Below, in pieces: positions 1 to 10,800 of a stretch of 64,000 nt of DNA. The stretch is from NCBI GenBank assembly GCA_034666125.1, contig JAXDML010000010.1, positions 52,260 through 116,259 of the forward strand. The letters run 5' to 3'. Made by a program: the position numbers and the translations under genes. The notes under the pieces are model-generated. The model had not been told where the DNA came from, ran no database searches, and worked only from the letters and a program-made list of their open reading frames with translations. The first letter of the stretch is position 1. Every line of letters starts with the position of its first letter. This DNA is from Candidatus Parcubacteria bacterium. Lineage in GTDB: Bacteria; Patescibacteriota; Minisyncoccia; Phycocordibacterales; Phycocordibacteraceae.

Positions 1-325
1 GTCGTTCGCGAAGCTCATGGCGCTTGTGGGGGAGGGAACGCTTTCCTCGCGTGGCGCGAAGGATACGCTCCTCTATATGCATGAGAAGGGAGGGGATCCG
101 GAAGACGTGGCGCGCGCCGAAGGGCTTATCCAGGTGAACGATACCGAAGCGCTTCGCGAAGCGGTGCGCACGGTCATACGCGAGCACGAGGCGGTGGCTG
201 CAGAGTATCGGTCGGGGAAGGACGCCGCGCTCCAATTCCTCGTAGGGCAGTCGATGAAGGCTACCCGAGGGGCGGGGAATCCGGGAGCCATAAAAGATCT
301 CCTGATTGAAGAGCTGAGCAAGTAG
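1..325 (+). CDS. gatB: Asp-tRNA(Asn)/Glu-tRNA(Gln) amidotransferase subunit B, C-terminal part (5' truncated by window)
   Basis: GatB/Yqey-type tail: GLIQVND...YRSGKDAALQFLVGQSMKATRGAGNP. Confidence 0.9.
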   Translation, partial: SFAKLMALVGEGTLSSRGAKDTLLYMHEKGGDPEDVARAEGLIQVNDTEALREAVRTVIREHEAVAAEYRSGKDAALQFLVGQSMKATRGAGNPGAIKDLLIEELSK

Positions 326-385
326 AAAAAGAGTGCAGATTCCGCTTTTGGATTACGCGAAGCGGAATCTGCACTCTTTTTCTAC
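322..385. terminator. Long bidirectional terminator-like inverted repeat
   Basis: Perfect 26-bp arms GTAGAAAAAGAGTGCAGATTCCGCTT (322-347) and its complement (360-385), with A/T tracts at the base. Confidence 0.85.
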
Positions 386-433
386 ATGTTGATATCTATT
401 CTATTCGAGACGAGAAACCCTTATACTACATGT

Positions 434-1324
434 ATGGATGAACTTACTATCGGAGACAAGATCTACATCTCGTCCAAGCGTGCAGCAGCGATTACGGGCT
501 ACGCTAAAGACTATGTGGGCCAGCTATGCCGGGAAGGGCATGTAGAGGCGAAAATGGTTGGCCGAAGCTGGTACGTGCTCGAAACAAGCATACGTGAGCA
601 TCGCTTCGGAAAGACGGAGGAAAAGCTCCCTGGCGCCGCCGAACAGGACGCGGAGAACGCAAGGATCGCCGCAGCGACCGGTGCGCTTATCGATGTCACC
701 GATGCCGTTGTTTCGCATATGCCGGAAACCTGGGAAGCGTCGAGGTATCTGCCGGAAGAGGCGCCAAGGATGCCCGAGTTGGCGCCTCCTGCTCCCGTAC
801 TCGAGGCCCGTGAAACTATGCAGACATTAGATATGTCGGAAAGCCGGGAATCGCTTGCGGAAATGCAGGCCGCCTGGAAAGCATGGTTCGAGGGTGAACG
901 CGAGCCGCTTTTGGAATCTCCTGAGGTGATTGACGCCAGGGAAGAAGAAAGGGAAGAAGAAAGGGAAGAAGAGGTGATCGAAGACGAGCCGGAGCTTCCT
1001 GAGGCTTCAGAGGAAGCCGTACCGGTGATGGTCCACAGAATTCCCGAGGAACGTCCGCAGACCATCGAAAGGCCCCAAAGGGCGGCCGTTCGGCCTCAGC
1101 TTTTTCAGCAGCCTGTTGCCGCCACGCCGCCACGCCGCGCGCGTCGTCCAAAGTCACGCAAGAACAGCGGATCAGGTTCGAATCTCGTCGTCGTAGCCCT
1201 TATGGTCGCCTTTGCCGGGATAGTTATCTCAATCGGGATCATAGGCTCGGGATTCGCGGACACCTATGTGCAAAGCAACGCCATTACGAAGTTTCTCGGA
1301 GGCACGAGTTCTATAAGTAAGTAG
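434..1324 (+). CDS. Excisionase/MerR-like HTH protein with acidic linker and C-terminal TM helix
   Basis: N-term YISSKRAAAITGYAKDYVGQLCREG...VGRSWYV; Glu/Pro-rich middle; hydrophobic LVVVALMVAFAGIVISIGIIG. Start moved to ATG 434, 6 nt after TATACT (422-427). Confidence 0.8.
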   Translation: MDELTIGDKIYISSKRAAAITGYAKDYVGQLCREGHVEAKMVGRSWYVLETSIREHRFGKTEEKLPGAAEQDAENARIAAATGALIDVTDAVVSHMPETWEASRYLPEEAPRMPELAPPAPVLEARETMQTLDMSESRESLAEMQAAWKAWFEGEREPLLESPEVIDAREEEREEEREEEVIEDEPELPEASEEAVPVMVHRIPEERPQTIERPQRAAVRPQLFQQPVAATPPRRARRPKSRKNSGSGSNLVVVALMVAFAGIVISIGIIGSGFADTYVQSNAITKFLGGTSSISK

Positions 1325-1396
1325 TTCTATATTGCATTTCTTGTCTCGGCTATACAAGAAAACGAAGGAATCATACAGATTGGTGCATTAAGTTGG

Positions 1397-1424
1397 AAAA
1401 AGCAGAAGCATTCGCTTCTGCTTT
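1397..1424. terminator. Intrinsic terminator-like hairpin
   Basis: AAAGCAGAAGC-ATTC-GCTTCTGCTTT, preceded by an A-run (better U-tail on the minus strand). Confidence 0.7.
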
Positions 1425-1838
1425 CCTCGTTCCACTCACCCGAAAGTGACGCTGTAAGGAGCGTAAAGGCTTCGAAGAGAATTGCAGCATGCAATAAATC
1501 GCTCCGGCCTATGAGTCACGTCACGCGGAGAAGGGCTCATTTGCTTTATCCTGCGCTGTGTGGACAAGGGTATCCAAGGCTCCGCTTTTTCAAAATCTCT
1601 ATTTGCTTCGACTTCATGAAGCGCGGGACATTTTTTGTTCGAGCCTAAACAATCCGGAACAGGTCATAGCTCGGAAGATTTTTCTCAAATTTTGATCCTC
1701 GATTGCTCCAAAAAGCTCATTTTCGAGGATTGCAACATCGACACGCAAGTGCGGCAGACTTATCCCCAAACGAGCTCAAAAATCCTTAGTCGATTGCCGT
1801 TATACCAAGCTATTATTTAGGTAAATCGGATATCCGAC

Positions 1839-4800
1839 ATGTCCTCGCTCCTTACTAACGATCTCATCTCAACGAAAGAGGCCTCGATCATTTCGGGATA
1901 CAATCCCGATTACCTCGCGCGTCTTTGTCGTGCCGGAGTGATTGCCGGAAAGAGGATCGGACGCACCTGGTGTCTCGAGCGAACGTCGCTCGACACGTTC
2001 ATTCGAACGCAACAAGCGCATAAGCAGGAGATTGCGCATACGCTTTCGGAAACGCGGAGCCGTGAATACCGCGAGGCGCATCAGGAGCCTGTCACTCCGG
2101 GAGTTCCTTCAGCAGAAAAAGCTGCTCCTGCCGCGTACGTGCCGCTCGTGCCCGCTCGAAGGAGTGTTCCGATACACCTGCGTCCCGGCTTCGCCTTCGC
2201 TCTCGCGCTCTGGGTGGTCGCTTTGAGCGGATATGCGTCGGTCTCGGACGCTTTTATAGGTACGGCACGGGATGCAGGCCGGCTTGCATACGATCTTGCG
2301 GTGGTGCGGGCCATAACGTACGACGGGCCGGCAGTATTCCTCGCCTCACGCGACGAGCCGGCGCCTAACGTGCCCGACCTGCATATTCCCGATCAGGACG
2401 TTCTTGTCGCGGAAGCCGCGCAGGTAGCGGCAAGCGATGTCACGCTTCCGGACATGGCTACGCGCCATAACGAATCGCGCAGCGCCGCAACGTTGGCGGG
2501 ATCGGTCGGCGCGTCGCGCATCGCTGCCGTATCGGCTTTCTTCCGTACGCCCGGCGCTTCGTTCGCGATGTTGCGCGATACCGGCGTCGGCGCATACGTG
2601 CGCATGGGAGCATCGATCGAGCGTTTCGCGCATGACACGCTCGTGCAGTATGCGACGACGGTTGAATCTGCCGGAGCGGATTCGCTCGAGCTCGCTTCCG
2701 CCGCGCGCGACATGGCCGCCTTCGCGCCCGCGCGCGCGGAGGCGATACGCATCGCGTACGAACGCGGCATCTATGCTTGGGTCGAAAGGACGCCGGATGT
2801 CGCACGCGGGATCACCGAGAGGACGCTCGCGCTCGGCGACGCGCTCGGGGGCGGGGCGACGCTCGCGCCAAACGTCGTCGGGAACGCGTCGCGCGATGTC
2901 GCGATCGCCGTGGCTGCGGGCATTGCCACTCCTACGCGAGGCCCTGTCGATAGCACGACGCCGACCGGGATAGCTGCTGCTTCCGACGCGCATCTCGCTG
3001 CGGGAGTCGCGGCCGCACCGGCAGCGCTCGTGCGCAGCCTGGAGCAGTCGGTCTTCTCCGCCGTGCGCGCCGCGCATATCGCGCTCACGGGAGGCGTACG
3101 CTTGCTTGCCGGTCTTTTCGACGACCTCTCCGTGGCGCTTACGTCTGCCCCCGAGAGGATCGTGACGATACTCACCCCGGCCGCATCCGGTCCAGGCGCC
3201 TATACCGCCACTACCACGAACACGACGTACGTCGACCGGTTCATCGGGGACACGACCGTCGTACGTAACTACTACCCGCAGACGTTCCTCGGGGGCGTGA
3301 GCCGGGAGGAGATAGACGCGCGGTTCACCGCCTTCGACAGCCTCATGCGCCGGAATATCGAATCTGCGCTCCGAAGACGGGGCGGAGGAGGGGGCGGCGG
3401 AGGCGGAGGCGGCAGCATTTCTCTGAATGATCCCACCTTCACGGGTACCCTCACGACGGACGACGCGGTCGTGAACAATAACCTTTCGGTAGGGAACGAT
3501 ACGACCATTGGCGGGAACCTGGATGTCGGCGGCGACGCGAATGTCACCGGCACGCTCACCGTGGGGTCCTTCAGCGTCTCGAACCTTTCGGCGAACAATA
3601 CGGTCGTGGCACCCCGCTTCATCGGCACGTCCACGAGCGAAGCGTCGGTATTCCCGAACATCATCGCGACGACGTCGGTCACGGACAACGCGACGTCCAC
3701 GAACCTGTACGCGACGAACTTCGGCATCGGGAACTCGTACTTCACGTCGCTCCTCGGCAACGGCCTCGTGAACACGGGAGGCATGCTGTCAGTATCGACC
3801 TCGTCGCTCGCGAGCGGATTCTTCCAGAACGGCGGGAACGCCTTCGGCGTCCCCGCCGTTCTCGGCACGACCGACAATCAGCCGCTCTCGCTCATCACGA
3901 ACAACACGACGGCTGCGACCATCCTCGGGAACGGCAATGTCGGCATCGGCACGACGTCGCCCTTTACCAAGCTCTCGGTCGGCGGCGATGCGTACGTCGG
4001 CGGGAACGTGACCGCGACCGGCACGGCGACCGTGCAGGGCCTTTCGATCGGATCGCTTTCCGGGTTCCTCAAGGCGACCGCCGGCACGGTGGCGACCTCG
4101 CTCGTGTCGCTCGCCTCCGACATCACGGGCACGCTTCCGGTCGGGAACGGCGGCACGGGCTCGACTTCGCTCACCGGACTCCTCGTCGGCAACGGCGCGA
4201 GCCCGGTGCAGACGGCATCGGTCACCGCGCCGCTCGTACTCACCGGCACGACGCTTTCCATAAACCAGGCGAACGCGTCGCAGGACGGTTATCTTTCTTC
4301 GACCGACTGGAACACTTTCAACAACAAGATCGCCTCGACCTCGCTTTCGGGTGGCACGGGCATCTCGTACAACCCCGCGACCGGCGTCATCACGAACACG
4401 GGCGTCACGTCGACGACAGGCGACTGGACCGGCACCTTCGACGGGCAGGAGGGAAGCTACTATCTCGCGAACTCGTTCAGTACGACCTCCGCCGCGTACT
4501 TCCTCTCGCAGAACGGCGGCTCGGCATTCTCGACCACTTCGGCCAATTACTGGCTCTCCACGAAATCCACGTCCGACCTTGCCGAGGGCTCGAACCTGTA
4601 CTACACCGACGGACGCGTAAATACGTTCATCAATGGATCTTCCACGATCCCAAAGACATACACGAATAACGTATTCACAGGCGGAAATACGTTCACGAAC
4701 GCCAGTTCCACCGATCTCTACGTAGCAAACACCTTCCGCGGCGCCGGCCTCACTGCCTGCAACACTTCGGCCAGCAAGCTTCTCTATGACGCCGTTACCG

Positions 4801-7800
4801 GCCAATTCAACTGCGGCGCGGATGCGGGAGCGGGCGGCGGTATCACTGCCATCGGTGCCCAGTACTCGCCATATCAGACAGGCTCAACCCAGACCTTCGC
4901 GACCACGAGCGACACGAACATAGGCCTCGTGATCACGTCGGCGGGCGACACCCATACCTTCACCCCGACCTTCACGGGCACGCTTGCGGTGCCCCGCGGC
5001 GGTACGGGAAGCAGCACGCTCTCCGGCATCCTTCTTGGCAATGGTGCGGGCCCCGTACAGACGCTCGGTATCGGTCCGGGACTCGCGCTTGCGGGCGGAA
5101 CGCTCTCCGTTTCCACGACTTCCTTCTCCGGTCCCGGCTCGAATTTCAATGCGGACCTCCTGGATGGCCAGGACGGGACCTACTACCTGGACCGCGCCAA
5201 CCATACCGGTACTCAAACCGCTTCGACCATCAGCGACTTCAATGCTGCAGTGAATACGTATATACACGGATCGACCACTATCCCGAAGACGTATACCGCG
5301 AACACCTTCACGGCCACGCAAACGTTCGGAAATCTCGTTGCGACGAATGCCACCACCACCTCCCTCGGCCTGAACAGCGAAACCTTCACCGACCTCACCG
5401 GTTCGGGACTTCTCAACGTCGGCGGTACTTTGACGCTGGACCGCACCGGGGACTGGACCGGCACGCTCGACGGACAGGAAGGCGCATACTACCTCGCCCG
5501 CGCGAATCACACGGGGACGCAACTCGCGTCGACCATCAGCGATTTCTCCACGACCGCCCGGGGGCTTTTCGCCGCCACCTATCCAATTCAATACGACAGC
5601 GGCACGGGCTTGTTCAACCTCGCTTTCGGCACCACTACCTCGAATACCTGGGCGGGCACGCAGACCTTCAACAACCTCGTCGCCACCAACGCGACCACGA
5701 CCAGCTTCGGCATCAACGGGGAGACCTTCACCGATCTGACGGGCTCGGGACTATCGAACGTCGGAGGGGTCCTCACGGTCTCCACATCCTCGCTCGCGAA
5801 CCTGAATGCCGATCTCCTCGATGGGCTCGACTCCACGTATTTCCTCGCGAACTCCTTCTCGACCACGTCCGCGAACCACTGGCTCACGACCAAGTCGACC
5901 ACGAACCTCGCTGAAGGATCGAACCTCTACTACACCGACGCACGGGTGAATAGCTATATACACGGCTCGACGACAATACCGAAGACCTATACGAACAATA
6001 CGTTCACTGGCACCCAGACCTTCAACAACCTCGTCGCCACGAACGCCACGACCACCTCGCTCGCCGTGGGCACGGACTACATCACCGACCTTACGGGCTC
6101 GGGCCTCACCATCACCGGAAATGCGCTCACATTGGATCGCACCGGGGACTGGACCGGTACGTTCGACGGCCAGGAAGGTACCTATTATCTAAACCGAGCG
6201 AATCACAGCGGTACGCAGCTCGCTTCCACGATCAGCGACTTCTCCGAAGCCACCGACGACCGCGTCGCCGTCCTCATACAAAACGGCACTGGCATCTCAT
6301 GGTCATACAACGACGGGGCGAACACTTTCACGCCGACGGTCACGCTCGCGCCGTTTACGACCACGAATCTCGCTGAGGGCAGCAATCTGTATTACACGGA
6401 CGGACGCGTTGCCTCGTACATCAACGCTTCCACCACCATATTGAACGACTCTACCGAAGCGGGACTTGAGACCTTCCTCACCGATGTCGCGAATGTCTTC
6501 ACCAACAACGATGGCGCGCTCTCAGACGACGACCTCAGCAATAATTCGATAGAGGATCTCTCCGACGTCGCCGCGATGACCGAGAACTATGGCGACCTCC
6601 TCGGGTGGAACGGTACGACCTGGACGGACTTCGCGACGAGTTCGCTAGGACTTATTACTTCAGCGGTCCAGAATATCGGTCCCGCCGGCCAAACTGCGGA
6701 CGGCCCCACGGTCACCTTCGCCACTACCACCTCAACCACCAACGGCATCACTTCGGCCCTCACCGTCACTGGCTCGGGAGATACCCTCACGTTCACCCCG
6801 TCGCAATCAGGAACCTTAACGGTTCCGGGCGGCGGCACCGGCGCCTCCTCCTTCACCGCCGGGAATCTCATATATGGCGCAGGCACCGGCGCGCTTCAAA
6901 GCGTCGCGACCTCCTCGGTCTCAAGCGGCACCGGCATCTCCTTCACTGGAACCCCTGGCGCGCTTGTCGGCGGAACGCCGCTCACGATCAGCAATACCGG
7001 CGTGCTCTCCTTCAACGGACGCACGGGAGCTGTTACACCGCAGTCAGGCGATTACACGACGACCATCGTGGCCGAAGGCACGAACCTTTACTACACCGAC
7101 GCACGGGTGAACAGCTACATACACGGCTCGACGACAATACCGAAGACCTATACCGCGAACACCTTCACTGCGCTTAATACATTCAGTGCGGGCGCTTCGA
7201 CTACCCAACTCACCGCTACTGGCAACGCGTATCTCGCGACGGCGGGAGGGAACGTAAGCGTCGGCGGCACTACTGCAAGCGAGAAGCTCACCGTCACCGG
7301 CAACATACTCTCGAGCAATCTTGCAGGCGTCGGCAACCGGTGCGTATACGCCGATCTCAACGGCGTCCTGCGCGTGGCGGCAGACAACTGCGGTCTCGCA
7401 GGCGCAGGCGGCGACGACCTGGGCAATCACATCGCTACGCAGAACATCCAGCTCAACAACAACTGGCTCTCGAACGACGGAGGAAGCGAAGGCGTCAGCA
7501 TAGATAACAGCGGAAACGTGACTATGTCCGGCGATGCTTCGGCGGCATCGTTCACCCGCGGCGGCGATACGATCACCGATTTCACGGGTACGGGACTTAC
7601 GGTGATAAGCGGCGCGCTCACCGTCTCGACCTCGTCGCTTGCGAACCTGAATGCCGATCTTTTGGATAGCCTTGATTCGACGTATTTCCTTGCCAATTCC
7701 TTCAGCACTACTTCCGCCAACTACTGGCTTACCACCAAGGATACCGACGATCTCGCGGAGGGAAGCACCAACCTCTACTACACCGACGGCCGCGTGAACA

Positions 7801-10800
7801 CCTTTATCGCGGGTTCCACTACCATCCCGAAGACCTACACGAACAACACATTCGGAGGCACCCAGACCTTCAACAACCTTCTCGCCACGAACGCTACGAC
7901 CACCAGCTTCGGCATCAACTCCGAGACCTTCACCGACCTCACTGGTTCAGGACTCCTCAACGTCGGCGGCACTTTGACGCTGGACCGCACGGGAAACTGG
8001 ACGGGGACGTTCGACGGGCAGGAAGGAACCTACTACCTCGCACGCGCGAATCACACGGGGACCCAACTCGCGTCGACCATTAGTGACTTCAACGATGCGG
8101 TCGCCAACTATGTCAACGCTTCCTCGACTATCCTCAACGACTCCACCGAAGCTGGCCTCGAAGCTTTCCTCACGGACGTCACGAACGTATTCACGAACAA
8201 CGACGGCGCGCTCAACGACGACGATTTGACCAACAATTCGATCGAAGACCTCTCTGATGTCGCGACCATGACCGAGAACTATGGCGATCTCTTGTACTGG
8301 AACGGTACCGCATGGGCAGACATTGCGACGAGTTCCTTGGGACTCCCAACCGCGAGCATCACGAACATCGGCCCTACCGGCCAGATGGCCGACGGTCCGA
8401 ATGTGACGCTTGCGACTTCAACGAGCGCATTCAACGGCCTCACTTCTTCGCTCACCATCACAGGAAGCGGCGATACTCTTACCTTCGTTCCGGCACTCTC
8501 CGGCACCCTCAACAACGCTGGCCTCACTAACTCCACCGTCTCGTACGGCGGCGTGACGCTTTCTCTCGGTGGAAGCGATGCAACTCCGGCCTTCGACCTG
8601 ACCGATGCGACGAACCTTCCGATCGTCGGCGGCACGACCGGTACTCTGACGGTCCCGCGCGGCGGCACGGGCCAGGTTTCGTTCACCGCCAGCAACCTTA
8701 TATATGGAGCAGGTACGGGGGCACTCCAAAGCGTCGCTACTACCACCGTCTCAGCAACCGGGCCCCTCTCCTTCACCGCGAATCCCGTCGTCATCGGCGC
8801 ATCCCCGATCACGCTCTCTCTGGGGACGGTCGATATATCGTCGAATACGAACCTCGCGGCGACGTATCCGATCGTTCTCACCGGGGATACGCTCTCCCTC
8901 GCCTTCGGCACCACCACCTCGAACACCTGGGCGGGTACCCAGACGTTCAACAACCTCGTCGCGACGAACGCCACGACAACATCCCTCGGCCTTAACGGCG
9001 AAACCTTCACCGACCTCACTGGCAGCGGCCTCTTGAACGTCGGTGGCACTTTGACGTTGGACCGCACCGGCGACTGGACGGGGACGTTCGACGGGCAGGA
9101 GGGAAGTTATTACTTAAATCGTGCCAACCATACTGGTACTCAAGCTGCTTCCACGATCAGCGACTTCTCCGAAGCCACCGACGACCGTGTCGCCGTCCTC
9201 ATACAAAACGGTACTGGTATCAGCTGGTCATACAACGATGGCGCGAACACCTTCACGCCGACCGTGACCCTCGCACCGTTCACTACCACGAACCTCGCGG
9301 AAGGCACGAATCTCTACTACACCGATGCACGGGTGAATTCCTTCGTGCACTCTTCGACCACCATCCCGAAAACCTACACTGCGAACACCTTTACGGGAGC
9401 ACAGACGTTTAACGGCGGACTCACCCTCGGAACCTTGAACGGCCCGCTGCAAGCGAACAACGGAATTGTCTCTGCCACAACCAGCATTGGCGTTCTGTAT
9501 GGAGGAACCGGCCTCACTATCGCGCCGACGTACGGACAGCTTTTGGTAGGGAATTCAAGCGGAGGGTACACCCTTACCTCAACCTCTTCACTCGGGCTTA
9601 TCACCCAGGCAGTCCAAAACATCGGCCCGGCAGGGCAGATGGCCGACGGGCCGAACGTCACGTTCGCTACTTCGACTGCGTCCTTTAACGGCCTTACCCA
9701 GGGCATAACCATCACCGGAAGCGGTGACACCATCACGTTCACGCCATCCCTGTCGGGTACTCTCGGTGTCGGCGGGGGAGGCACCGGCGCTGCCTCCTTT
9801 GCGTACGGTCTCGTGCTTTCTCCGGGAGGCACCGGAGCCCTCACCAATATAGCGACTTCCTCCCTCGGCCTCCTCACAACGAACGTCGCCGAAGGAAGCA
9901 ATCTGTACTTCACCGATGAACGCGTCGACGACCGCGTCGCCGTCCTCATACAAAACGGTACGGGCATCTCCTGGAGCTACAACGACGGTGCCAACGCCTT
10001 TACGCCGACCGTGACCTTGGCGCCCTTTACGACGACCAATCTCGCAGAAGGCAGCAATCTGTATTATACGGATGCACGTGTCGCCTCATATATAAACGCC
10101 TCCACCACCATACTCAACGACTCCACAGAAGCTGGTCTTGAAGCCTTCCTCACGGACGTCACGAACGTGTTCACCAACAACGACGGTACCTTAGCCGATG
10201 ACGATCTCACCAACAACAGCATCGAAGACTTGAGTGACGTCGCGGCAATGACCGAGAACTATGGCGATCTCCTCTATTGGAACGGCAGTGCGTGGGCGGA
10301 TATCGCCACTTCCTCGCTCGGACTCCTCTCCACAGCCGTCACTAACATCGGTCCTGCGGGCCAGATGGCGGACGGCCCCACAGTCACCTTCGCCACCACC
10401 ACCTCGACCACCAACGGCATCACCTCGGCGCTCACCATCACGGGTTCGGGAGATACCCTCACCTTTACTCCGTCGCAGTCGGGAACTCTCACTGTTCCTG
10501 GAGGCGGCACGGGAGCCACCTCCTTCACCGCCGGGAACCTCGTCTATGGCACGGGAACCGGCGCACTTCAGAGCGTGGCGACGACGACTCTCTCGGGAAA
10601 TTCCCAGATCGCGCTCTCTCAGCCAGTGGTCGTGATCGGCGCGTCACCTTCTGTCCTCTCTATCACCGCCGACTCCATCGGAGACGCGCAGCTCGCCTTC
10701 AACACCGGGCAGAACCTGACGACCGCGTCGAGCCCGACGTTCGCGAGCCTTACGCTCACGAATCCGCTCGCGGTAACCTCAGGCGGTACCGGGTGGGCGG

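Noticed and set aside
1635-1820. 61-aa ORF with TTG start in the spacer
   Set aside because: No recognisable features or initiation signal; likely chance
1325-1838. Replication origin
   Set aside because: Only two imperfect DnaA boxes, no dnaA/dnaN, no clear unwinding element
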